This document shows positions 9,235 to 17,357 of a stretch of 37,077 nt of DNA, piece after piece. Both the position numbers and the translations under genes were made by a program. Every line of letters begins with the position of its first letter. Positions within the stretch are counted from its first letter, which is position 1. The stretch is from a virus (lineage: Duplodnaviria > Caudoviricetes), in the IMG/VR virus record IMGVR_UViG_3300044477_000180, positions 1 to 37,077 of that record. One strand, given 5' to 3'. Under the pieces are notes generated by a model. It saw only the letters and a list, made by a program, of their open reading frames with translations, was not told the DNA's origin and did no database searches.

Positions 9235-9277
9235 AAGAGAGTAGAAAAAATAATAAATTTTAAAGGAGATAAATAAA

Positions 9278-9655
9278 ATGAAAAATTTAGAAGAAAGAAT
9301 TATAAGTGCATTTTGTAAAAGGATAACAGAATTGAAAGATATTAAGGAAGAAATTAAAAACAAAGAATTAACTATAGAAGATGCACAATATGAAATAGAA
9401 ACATTTTTACCAAAAATTAAAAGTGAACTAAAAATGTTAAATGAAATGTTTATAACTAACTTTATTATCGAAACAAACGAAATAGAAGACTATAAAATGC
9501 CACTTTGGTATCAATCATATGCAGTTTTACAAAAGTTACTTATAGAAGTCGAAGTTAAGTTAGAATTAGAATTGGAAAGACTTATACTTATAGAAGTCGA
9601 AGTTAAGTTAGAATTAGAATTGGAAAGACTTATTAAGTTAGAATTGGAAAAGTGA
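9278..9655 (+). CDS. Hypothetical coiled-coil protein with duplicated C-terminus
   Basis: RBS AAGGAG; LIEVEVKLELELERLI occurs twice. Confidence 0.75.
   Translation: MKNLEERIISAFCKRITELKDIKEEIKNKELTIEDAQYEIETFLPKIKSELKMLNEMFITNFIIETNEIEDYKMPLWYQSYAVLQKLLIEVEVKLELELERLILIEVEVKLELELERLIKLELEK
9537..9632 (+). repeat. 48-bp perfect tandem duplication (2 copies plus a partial third)
   Basis: TACTTATAGAAGTCGAAGTTAAGTTAGAATTAGAATTGGAAAGACTTA x2. Confidence 0.9.
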
Positions 9656-9662
9656 GGATAAT

Positions 9663-9890
9663 ATGAATATATTTAAAAATCTAAGACTATCTAAGGGATT
9701 GAGCCAGAGCGATCTGGCAGTCCTTTTTGAGGTCAAAAAGGATACGATTTCTAGAGCTGAACGTGAAGATGGGCTTATAACGGATCAAATGTTATGGTGG
9801 TATGCAGAGTTTTTTAATTATAACATTGCTGATTTATATATGACTTCCAGAAAAAAATTTTTTGAAGAAATGGAGAAAAAGTATGCATAG
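9663..9890 (+). CDS. XRE/Cro-like HTH transcriptional regulator
   Basis: FKNLRLSKGLSQSDLAVLFEVKKDTISRAE. Confidence 0.9.
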   Translation: MNIFKNLRLSKGLSQSDLAVLFEVKKDTISRAEREDGLITDQMLWWYAEFFNYNIADLYMTSRKKFFEEMEKKYA

Positions 9891-10512
9891 GGATATAGAT
9901 TTAGCAAAGCAAAATTTGAGCCTTTTTGACTACTTAGGACGTCCAGAATCAAAAAGGTATAGTAATAATACTCTCAGATTAAAAACTTGTCCTATGTGCC
10001 AAAAAACTAATGTATATCATTTCGTTATTTACTTGAATACAAACACATATTCTTCTTTTAATCATTGCTGCAAAGGTGGAGACATATTGAACTTTATGGT
10101 AGAGGTTGAAGGGAGAACAAACATAGAAGCAGTAAAAAGACTCTTAGAGGCTACAAATATAAAAAATGATATAATTAGACATGTTCCAAAAAAACCTCGT
10201 CAATTTAAAGAATTTTACGCAAAATTGACGGATGAGTTTAAACGTTGGTCTAAGAATCTAGAAATAGCAAAAGAGAAAATGGACTGTGATAGAATTTTAT
10301 TTTGTGAGTTGAATAGAAATTTTTTTGATCAAATAACTGATGAGTTCATCAATAATGGTTATTTTGAAAGAAATGACTATTTAGTAGGTTTAGAAGATGG
10401 AATAAAAGAAAATTATAAAAAAAATGTTCTTGATATATATAACATTATAAAAGGTAAGCAAGAAAAAACTGTAAAAAATTTTATAATTTGTAGAATTCCA
10501 AAAGGATATTAA
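9862..10512 (+). CDS. CHC2-type (primase-like) zinc-finger protein; start probably ATG 9883
   Basis: CPMC...HFVIY...HCCKGGDILNF...AVKRL. No TOPRIM motif seen. Confidence 0.75.
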   Translation: MKKWRKSMHRDIDLAKQNLSLFDYLGRPESKRYSNNTLRLKTCPMCQKTNVYHFVIYLNTNTYSSFNHCCKGGDILNFMVEVEGRTNIEAVKRLLEATNIKNDIIRHVPKKPRQFKEFYAKLTDEFKRWSKNLEIAKEKMDCDRILFCELNRNFFDQITDEFINNGYFERNDYLVGLEDGIKENYKKNVLDIYNIIKGKQEKTVKNFIICRIPKGY

Positions 10513-10524
10513 AGGAGAAAATAA

Positions 10525-10854
10525 GTGATAACAGCTATAAAAACAAAACTAGAAAATGCAATTACTAATATACCAAAACTTGATATAAAAGTTGAAGAAT
10601 TTAGCCTTATAAAGGCTTTGATTTATAAGAAAATGGAGGATGTTGATGGAATAATTGATATTAGATATGATAGTTTGAATAAAAATTATTGTGGTAATTT
10701 AATTGCAAAAGAATTTTGTGGATATAATAATGATAATATTGTTATTATATGTGAATATTATCATGATATTTTTGATGAACATTGCATAAGGATTTTTGAT
10801 ATATTTGATCATAATGGAAAAAACTTAGAAATAAAATTAATGGAGAGTATATGA
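10525..10854 (+). CDS. Hypothetical protein
   Basis: GTG start with RBS AAGGAG. Confidence 0.7.
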   Translation: MITAIKTKLENAITNIPKLDIKVEEFSLIKALIYKKMEDVDGIIDIRYDSLNKNYCGNLIAKEFCGYNNDNIVIICEYYHDIFDEHCIRIFDIFDHNGKNLEIKLMESI

Positions 10855-11030
10855 ATAATAGAGAATTTATTATTAGGTTAGATGAAGTATTAGATTTTTG
10901 CGAAGGTAAGTGTATTGATGAAGATATTATAAGTCAAATTGAAATATTAAAACAAGAAATTGAAGAAATTGAAAAGGCACAAAGTAAATTTGCAAAAAAT
11001 ACACTAGATGATTTATTTAATTATTTATAA
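10851..11030 (+). CDS. Hypothetical 59-aa protein (not in the ORF track)
   Basis: ATGA overlap with the previous stop, RBS GGAG; MNNREFIIRLDEVLDFCEGK...FNYL*. Confidence 0.7.
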   Translation: MNNREFIIRLDEVLDFCEGKCIDEDIISQIEILKQEIEEIEKAQSKFAKNTLDDLFNYL

Positions 11031-11034
11031 CAAC

Positions 11035-11071
11035 AAAAAAACTGGTAACTTAATTGATACCAGTTTTTTTT
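11035..11071. terminator. Bidirectional intrinsic terminator
   Basis: A7-CTGGTA/TACCAG-T8 between convergent units. Confidence 0.8.
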
Positions 11072-11165
11072 ATTTAAGAAGTACAAAAAAGAATAGAATC
11101 TTGTATTCTCCTTTTATTTTTGTTTTATTATCGCATAAGATAGGATCATCGTCTAGACTATAATT

Positions 11166-11480
11166 TTATTTATTGTTAGGATCAGCTTCTAAATATTCTT
11201 TTGGAAGCTGATATTCTTTTTCCCATGCTAATTCTTTCAGTTCTGACTGTAACCTATATCCTTCGAGTTCCCAAATTTTATTAAATGCGTTTTTATATGC
11301 TAACTCTTGTCCCAGCTCCATATTAAAATTTGCTGGATCCACACAAGCAGAAACTCCAATTATCTCAAAATTATTTACTAGAGTTATGCAACATATAGTT
11401 GTTTTTACTCCTATAATTTTATATTCAGTATTTTTTATTTTAGAGTTTATTATTTCCTCTGTTATTGTATTTTTATTCAT
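11166..11480 (-). CDS. Phage gp49/66-family protein (N4 gp49/Sf6 gene 66-like); candidate nucleotide-signal sponge
   Basis: TTICCITLVNNFEIIGVSACVDPANFNMELG..LAY.NAFNKIWELEGY signature. RBS AAGGAG on the minus strand. Confidence 0.85.
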   Translation of the reverse strand: MNKNTITEEIINSKIKNTEYKIIGVKTTICCITLVNNFEIIGVSACVDPANFNMELGQELAYKNAFNKIWELEGYRLQSELKELAWEKEYQLPKEYLEADPNNK

Positions 11481-11545
11481 AGCTTTTCTCCTTTTTTAAA
11501 ATTTATAAGCTAATTATATCTTGTGTGGTAACTTTTTGTAAGTCA

Positions 11546-11632
11546 AAAGATTCCTTGATCAAACAGAGTGATTTAGAGTTTTAGCACTAGACAAGAAATT
11601 GTATCTATCTGATTAAGGAAAAATACTTAACT
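11546..11632. repeat. Dispersed inverted-repeat element, copy B
   Basis: AAAGATTCCTTGATCAAACAGA ... GTATCTATCTGATTAAGGAAAA. Confidence 0.9.
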
Positions 11633-11721
11633 ACACTTCGAATATTAGTATTTCCACACACAACACACGTGTGATTTTAGATTATTTTAAGAAAAAGAAT
11701 AAATGGAAATTGAAAAGTTAA

Positions 11722-12097
11722 ATTAGTAACTAAAAGTAACTAAGAGTAACTAACCTATAGTTACTACTCTAGCCCTGTTATATAAGTAGTTACAAGTACT
11801 AGTAACTAATAGTAACTAAAATAAAAGTGTATGTCTACGTTAGAAAAAAATAATAAATATTATATATAGATAGTTAATTTTTAAATTAGTTACTATTAGT
11901 TACTAATCCTTGTAACCAATAGTATAACAGGGCTAGGGTAGTAACTATTGCTTGTAACAACTAGTTACTACTATTACATTTTAAATTAGTTACTTTTAGT
12001 TACTATTTGATTGAAACCGTTTATTTTACTTGATTACAACTATTAGTAACTAATTAGTTACTATTTTTATTTATAGTTACTAATTTATAGTTACTAA
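11722..12097. repeat. Putative replication origin: AGTAACT/AGTTACT iterons in a long imperfect palindrome around an AT-rich core
   Basis: More than 15 heptamers, many at 10-bp spacing. Arms about 11758-11826 and 11879-11947 (TAGCCCTGTTATA/TATAACAGGGCTA). Lies just upstream of the helicase operon. Confidence 0.8.
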
Positions 12098-12140
12098 TTT
12101 GTTTTTTTTATATTACTGATTATAATTGGAATATATTTCA

Positions 12141-12169
12141 TTGACTGTTGTAAAACAGTGTAATACAAT
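12141..12169 (+). promoter_or_regulatory. SigmaA promoter TTGACT-N17-TACAAT with ACTGTT/AACAGT inverted repeat
   Basis: Consensus-like boxes and spacing upstream of GGAGGTG RBS. Confidence 0.7.
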
Positions 12170-12215
12170 AGTCTTACAGTTTAAAAATAGTAACTAATTT
12201 AGTGGAGGTGTAAAA

Positions 12216-12392
12216 ATGGTAATTAGGAGAAAAATTAAAAAGTCTGGAAATAGTCTGGTTTTAACTATGGATTCATTTTTAAAAGAAGTTTTAGGCATAA
12301 AAAAAGAAGATGAAGTAATTATTGAAGTAGAGGAAGGAAAAATAGTAATTAGAAAAGGGGATGAAACAATTGACAAAGTTAAAGTATGTTAG
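12216..12392 (+). CDS. AbrB/MazE/SpoVT-family DNA-binding protein (58 aa, not in the ORF track)
   Basis: MVIRRKIKKSGNSLVLTMDSFLKEVLGIKKEDEVIIEVEEGKIVIRK; RBS GGAGGTG. Confidence 0.85.
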   Translation: MVIRRKIKKSGNSLVLTMDSFLKEVLGIKKEDEVIIEVEEGKIVIRKGDETIDKVKVC

Positions 12393-14094
12393 TTATCAAT
12401 TATCTGAATATTTTTATGGGGTTGATGAAGATAATAAAAAACAAATAATATATCCGTTTAGGGTTACACCAATGGAGTCTAAAGAAAGTACTGATTCTAT
12501 ACTATCTATAGTTATTGATAATAAAGATATAGACATAAAACCAAGCGATGTTATAAGTTTGAAGGATTTTAAAAAGAAAGTTGGAACAATTGGACTTAAA
12601 TATACTAAATGGTATGGCAAAGAAGATGATTTTAAAATTTTTATGAATATGGTTTTAGATATAAAAGTAAAAACTACAGAATATTTAAAAACATCAGGCT
12701 TTTATTTTAAAAATAACGAATGGATATTTGCATGTAATGGTGGAGTAATAGATAAAAATAATCAAATAGATGATAAGTATTCTACTAACAAGGAAAATAA
12801 TGATAGTTTTTGCAATAGTAAATTAATTAGCGAACTAGAAATTTTAGAAATAAAAGATAGTTTACTAAGTTACAATGACAAAGGAATAGTAACCAGTCAT
12901 ATAGGATATGCAGCGTCTCTTTTTTTAAGAGAACGACTATATAGAGAATTAAAGGTAAAAAGTCCATGTTTAACAAATTTTGGTAACCCTGGAAGTGGTA
13001 AAACAATGAGTTTGGATAAAGTAATTTTACCATTACTCAACATGTCAGTTGAATCTAAGTTATCAGCTAAATCACTAACTCCTTTTAGTTTTTTGAGTAA
13101 ACTATGTGACAGTAATTTTTTCCCTGTAGTTGTAGATGATCTTAAAAAAAGTATAATGACTGGGAATAGAGTTGATTTAATTATTGGTAAAATAAATGAA
13201 TCTTACGATAGGCCAACTATAGAAAGAGGAAAGGCAGATCAAACAATAAACAAATATGAAATAAAAGCATCTACTATTTTATCAGGTGAAACAAATACTT
13301 TAGACACTTCTAATAATGATAGAATAATAAATTCAGTTTTGTCCAAAAAAAGTTCGTTAAATCATGAAAATAGTTTTTTAGATTTATGCAAAAAAGAAGA
13401 TATATTAAGAAAAATAGGTAAATCTTTACTAATAGAAAGTATGAATATAAGCAAAGATTCACTGCTTGAACTTTTAGAAAGTAACTTAGAATTTATAAAA
13501 AATAATTCTTCGAAATTAACAAGTAGAATGATTTTATCCTTAGCTATTACATCACTGGGATTTGATTTCATAGAAATAGTTATTGGAAAAATTGAGAATA
13601 AGGATTGTTTTAAGTTAGAAATGATTAACAATTTTATGGAAAGTACATTAGATGAGGAGGGAGAAAGTAAAGATACTACTTCAATAATTCTTGAAGAAAT
13701 AAATAAACTTGCATATTTAGAAATAATAAAGGGTGATTTTAAAATTGTAAATTCTAAAAAATATAATAAACAATCATTGGCAATTGATTTGAATTTAGTT
13801 TTTGATAAGTTAGATAAATATAATAAAGATGCTGGTAAGACAACTAGATTGCAGTATAGTGCTTTTACTAGTCTTGCAAAAAAAGAGTCTTATTATTTAG
13901 GATATGAACTAGTAAGTTTATCTGGAAGCAAAAGAAGGTGTTATTTCTTTGATATTAAAGAGCTGGAAAGTATGAATCTTGATTTAGACAGCTTAGGAAT
14001 ACATAATAGCGAATATTCTGAAAGAGAATCTATAGAAACTGAAAATAAAGTTGAAAATTTGATAGATTACAAAAACAAAAAAGAAGTTAAATGA
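12361..14094 (+). CDS. Replicative P-loop ATPase/helicase (DUF927/SF3- or MCM-like initiator-helicase)
   Basis: Walker A GNPGSGKT, Walker B VVVDD, ERG..DQT and ILSGE motifs. Adjacent to the iteron region. Confidence 0.75.
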   Translation: MKQLTKLKYVSYQLSEYFYGVDEDNKKQIIYPFRVTPMESKESTDSILSIVIDNKDIDIKPSDVISLKDFKKKVGTIGLKYTKWYGKEDDFKIFMNMVLDIKVKTTEYLKTSGFYFKNNEWIFACNGGVIDKNNQIDDKYSTNKENNDSFCNSKLISELEILEIKDSLLSYNDKGIVTSHIGYAASLFLRERLYRELKVKSPCLTNFGNPGSGKTMSLDKVILPLLNMSVESKLSAKSLTPFSFLSKLCDSNFFPVVVDDLKKSIMTGNRVDLIIGKINESYDRPTIERGKADQTINKYEIKASTILSGETNTLDTSNNDRIINSVLSKKSSLNHENSFLDLCKKEDILRKIGKSLLIESMNISKDSLLELLESNLEFIKNNSSKLTSRMILSLAITSLGFDFIEIVIGKIENKDCFKLEMINNFMESTLDEEGESKDTTSIILEEINKLAYLEIIKGDFKIVNSKKYNKQSLAIDLNLVFDKLDKYNKDAGKTTRLQYSAFTSLAKKESYYLGYELVSLSGSKRRCYFFDIKELESMNLDLDSLGIHNSEYSERESIETENKVENLIDYKNKKEVK

Positions 14095-14224
14095 TTTATT
14101 AATTGGTAGTTAATAAATCGAATTACCCAAATTATATAACAACTTCAAACTTATTGCAATATGTTTGTAATAAGTTTGTAATGAAAAGGAGATAAGTGGT
14201 GATACGACTAGTTGTGGATGTAAA

Positions 14225-14458
14225 ATGCCATGGATGACTCCATACATAGAATATTTAAAAACATTTGGTAGAGAAGATTTTTTGAATGTGTGTGAATCTA
14301 CTAAAACAAAAAGGACGAAAAATTTAGAAATTAAAGCAAATGAAAAAATAAATATAAAAAACAAAGTAAAAGAATTAAGAAATAGAGGATTAAAAGTTAA
14401 AGAAATATCAAAAATACTTAACTTGAGTATGAGTCAGGTTAACAGACGATTAAAATGA
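14225..14458 (+). CDS. Small HTH DNA-binding protein
   Basis: ELRNRGLKVKEISKILNLSMSQVNRRLK. Start uncertain. Confidence 0.65.
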   Translation: MPWMTPYIEYLKTFGREDFLNVCESTKTKRTKNLEIKANEKINIKNKVKELRNRGLKVKEISKILNLSMSQVNRRLK

Positions 14459-14481
14459 TATATTAAATGGAGGATTGAAAT

Positions 14482-14778
14482 ATGGAAAATAAAAAGAATA
14501 TTTGTGAAGAATGTAAATATATTCTTTCTTGTAATGAAGAACATAGTTATCAGGATTGTAATTTTAGTCCGCTGGATCAATTAGGAGTATCAGTGGATAC
14601 AACTGAACAAATAAAACAATTACAAGATTTATATGTTAATTTACAATTGCAACTAGATGTAGCTAATAGAAAATTAGATTATATTGAAAAAGAATGCAAA
14701 AAGGTTCATCATGTTAATAGGTTTGATGAGCTTAGCAGAAAGATATTGCATGTTATTTTTAACAAAATAAACGTATAA
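14482..14778 (+). CDS. Hypothetical protein (Cys-rich N-terminus, coiled coil)
   Basis: RBS GGAGG; CEEC..C..C motif. Confidence 0.7.
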   Translation: MENKKNICEECKYILSCNEEHSYQDCNFSPLDQLGVSVDTTEQIKQLQDLYVNLQLQLDVANRKLDYIEKECKKVHHVNRFDELSRKILHVIFNKINV

Positions 14779-14793
14779 ATAGATATGTTTTAT

Positions 14794-14850
14794 AACGCAA
14801 CTTAAACTTGTTTCTATTGATCAAGGAAATAACTTTAAGTTGCGTTTTTT
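14794..14850 (+). terminator. Long terminator hairpin containing a copy of the dispersed motif
   Basis: AACGCAACTTAAA/TTTAAGTTGCGTT 13-bp stem plus T tract; TCTATTGATCAAGGAAA lies inside. Confidence 0.8.
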
Positions 14851-14884
14851 ATTACTCAAAGCTCCAAACTAAACATTACAATCA

Positions 14885-14935
14885 TGTTACAATTTGTCGA
14901 ATGGCATTGCATAAAAGAAAAAAAAGGATTATAAT
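14885..14935 (+). promoter_or_regulatory. SigmaA promoter TTGCAT(14907)-N17-TATAAT(14930) with upstream Spo0A-box-like TGTCGAA (14895-14901)
   Basis: Consensus boxes and spacing. Leader AAGAGTAGTAAAT is shared with the promoter at 19928. Confidence 0.75.
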
Positions 14936-14975
14936 TAAAGAGTAGTAAATGCAGTAACAAATTTTGTACTAGGAG

Positions 14976-15182
14976 ATGTTGATTATGATTAAATGTAGCA
15001 ATTGTCTTTATAAGGTTTTTAATATTACTAATGGAGAAAGTTATTGTGGAAAAGGAAATTTCGAAGATGTGAATATTAGAGAAAATATAAAAGCAATGAA
15101 TTGTAATGATTATTTTGAAGCATTTATCTTAGTAGGTGAAGTTGAAAATATAGAAATTAAATGTGATGAATTGCCATTTTAG
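14976..15182 (+). CDS. Small Cys-rich hypothetical protein
   Basis: CSNC...C...C; ends DELPF*; RBS AGGAG. Confidence 0.65.
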   Translation: MLIMIKCSNCLYKVFNITNGESYCGKGNFEDVNIRENIKAMNCNDYFEAFILVGEVENIEIKCDELPF

Positions 15183-15239
15183 ATCGAAACTAGGCTTAGC
15201 CTAGTATACCAGTGTAGCTGGTACTGACGAGATCAAAAT
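15176..15239 (+). ncRNA. Hammerhead ribozyme, type II
   Basis: GAUC-GAAA-C-UAGGC-uua-GCCUA-GUA^-UACCAG-uguag-CUGGUA-CUGACGA-GAUC: complete core with stems I-III; cleavage predicted after 15206. Confidence 0.92.
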
Positions 15240-15247
15240 AATAGGAG

Positions 15248-15994
15248 ATGAAGCAAATGAGTGAAAATTTGAAGTACTGGGAAATGGGTAGAGAAGTTCC
15301 AACATCTGCACAAAAGAAGATTCAAGGCGGTAATCTTGGAAAGGCTGGATTTACAGATATTAACCCAGTTTGGCGAATTAAAAAATTAACAGAAATGTTT
15401 GGAATGTGTGGCATAGGATGGTACACAAAAACGATTAATACAAGATTTGAGAATGGGTCTAATGGAGAAGTTGCTGTATTCATAACTATTAATCTTTTCA
15501 TTAAAATTGATGGAGAATGGAGTCAAGGAATCGAGGGTCAAGGTGGATCCTCGTTTATATCAAACAATAAAAATGGATTATATACTTCAGACGAGGCTAT
15601 AAAAATGGCTTCTACCGATGCTCTTAGCGTATGTTGTAAGTTACTTGGTATAGGGGCAGATATTTATTTTGAAAAAGATAGACAGTATGAAACAAAATAC
15701 GAAAAAAAAGAAATAGTTGAGAAAAAAGAAGACAAAAAAATAGATAAGGTACAGAAAACTGATGGCGAGCTTAGGTTATTACTTGGGAATATGCTTATAG
15801 AAATGGAGGGAGGAAAAGAACAGGCAATTAAAAAACTTAAGGAAATTACTACATTTGAGATTGATGGTAAATATATAAATGGAGTTGATTCATTGGAAAA
15901 ACTTAAGGAAAATCGACTTAAGACAACTTATGGAAAGGTAAAACAATCGTATGAGTTGTGGAAAAAAAATAATAAGGAGGGTTACGATATATGA
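15248..15994 (+). CDS. Rad52/Sak-like single-strand annealing recombinase
   Basis: GFTDINPVWRIKKLTEMFG.CGIGW and DEAIKMASTDALSVCCKLLGIGADIY. Confidence 0.8.
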   Translation: MKQMSENLKYWEMGREVPTSAQKKIQGGNLGKAGFTDINPVWRIKKLTEMFGMCGIGWYTKTINTRFENGSNGEVAVFITINLFIKIDGEWSQGIEGQGGSSFISNNKNGLYTSDEAIKMASTDALSVCCKLLGIGADIYFEKDRQYETKYEKKEIVEKKEDKKIDKVQKTDGELRLLLGNMLIEMEGGKEQAIKKLKEITTFEIDGKYINGVDSLEKLKENRLKTTYGKVKQSYELWKKNNKEGYDI

Positions 15995-16413
15995 ACACAC
16001 TAAAGGCTATAGAAAACATGATTGTTAATGGATATAGAATTAGTAGTGTAGATAATAAAATCAGCTTAAAAATGTTTAAAACAGCAACTAAAAACGAAGA
16101 AATAAAAAGTTGTTGGAATTATATTCGTTTACATAGGGAAGAGAGTCTAGAAGTTTTAGACTCTCAAATAAAGGAAGTTGAAATAAGTATTGACATTATA
16201 AATGTAGAACAGATTGAAACAATTGTTAGCCAAGAAAGAGGATTTTTGAAAATATTAGCAATAGACTTTTTGAAAAGTAGTAGAGTTGTTGTTGTAACTA
16301 TTTTATTAGAAAAGGAAATAGTTGAGAAAATAGATATCCCTAGGTTATTTTGGGATAACCCATTTATGGATGAACAAACTAGGATATATAAGGAAAAACT
16401 AAAAATATCTTAA
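15991..16413 (+). CDS. Hypothetical protein
   Basis: ATGA coupling to the upstream gene. Confidence 0.7.
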   Translation: MNTLKAIENMIVNGYRISSVDNKISLKMFKTATKNEEIKSCWNYIRLHREESLEVLDSQIKEVEISIDIINVEQIETIVSQERGFLKILAIDFLKSSRVVVVTILLEKEIVEKIDIPRLFWDNPFMDEQTRIYKEKLKIS

Positions 16414-16475
16414 GTAAATAGTTTTGCAGTATCTATTTAAAAACTGCAAAAAAATAAAAGGAGAAAAGTTAAAAA

Positions 16476-17105
16476 ATGAGTATCGATGTTGATTGGATAA
16501 AAGAAGAAAAGGTTGTAAAAAGTGAAGATGAATTAAGGATAGAACCATTGGAAAGGGAATTGAATTCCATTGTAGATAAAAATATTTTGGAATTAACAAA
16601 GAAAATTTTGATTTCAGCGCCAAGATATTTTTGGCATATACCTGCTAGTAGTACAGGAAAATATCATCCTAAATTAAGTCTTGGAGATGGTGGTCTGGTT
16701 AGGCACGTGAAAGCGTGCATTAACATATGTCACGAAATGTTTCGAAATGAAACGATTTTAAGCGTTTATTTCGAGAAAGAATTAAAACAAAAGGGAAAAG
16801 ATATAATTATTGCAGCTCTATTGCTTCATGATATTTGTAAGTCTGGAATAGGAGATGTTGAAGAGAAATATTCTAGTGCTTCGCATCCACTTCTAGTTAG
16901 AACACTATGTCGAGAAAAGAAAATCGAAGGAGGATCCACTCTTGAATATATTCTGCAATTAATTGAGACACATATGGGAGAATGGACAAAAGACTTTATT
17001 ACTAAGCAAGACATTTTAAAAAAACCTGTATCCAATGCCCAGAAATTTGTACATATGATTGACTATATGGCATCTAGAAAAATCTTAGATGGGGAGGTGT
17101 ATTAA
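16476..17105 (+). CDS. HD-domain phosphohydrolase
   Basis: PASSTGKYHP, GGLVRH, LLHD, HP, HMG and VHMIDY motifs. Confidence 0.88.
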   Translation: MSIDVDWIKEEKVVKSEDELRIEPLERELNSIVDKNILELTKKILISAPRYFWHIPASSTGKYHPKLSLGDGGLVRHVKACINICHEMFRNETILSVYFEKELKQKGKDIIIAALLLHDICKSGIGDVEEKYSSASHPLLVRTLCREKKIEGGSTLEYILQLIETHMGEWTKDFITKQDILKKPVSNAQKFVHMIDYMASRKILDGEVY

Positions 17106-17335
17106 TGGAACAGGGATTTAATAGATGGATCATGGGGCTGCTAAAAAAGCAGCTCAAGAAATATAATTATGAAAATATAGAACTTAAGTTGCAAGATAAC
17201 TTTATAACTATAATTGGAAATAAGGATAATATAGAAGTCCTTGTTGGATACTTGCAATTTAAAGATGTTGTGAAAGCAGTTTTCGAAGACAACAATAGTG
17301 TGAAAATTGAACTCGTTGATAATTGGGGGAGATAG
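17105..17335 (+). CDS. Hypothetical protein
   Basis: TAATG coupling, RBS GGAGG. Confidence 0.7.
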   Translation: MEQGFNRWIMGLLKKQLKKYNYENIELKLQDNFITIIGNKDNIEVLVGYLQFKDVVKAVFEDNNSVKIELVDNWGR

Positions 17336-17357
17336 ACGAAACTAAAAATGTATCTAT

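Noticed and set aside
10337-10370. Second hammerhead (CTGATGAG)
   Set aside because: No paired stem II closing onto CGAAA; lies inside a CDS.
11923-11936. I-SceI-like site (ATAACAGGG)
   Set aside because: Only 9 of 18 bp match, and the sequence is part of the origin palindrome.
11722-12097. CRISPR array
   Set aside because: Repeats are 7-10 bp in both orientations with no unique ~30-bp spacers, and no cas genes are present.
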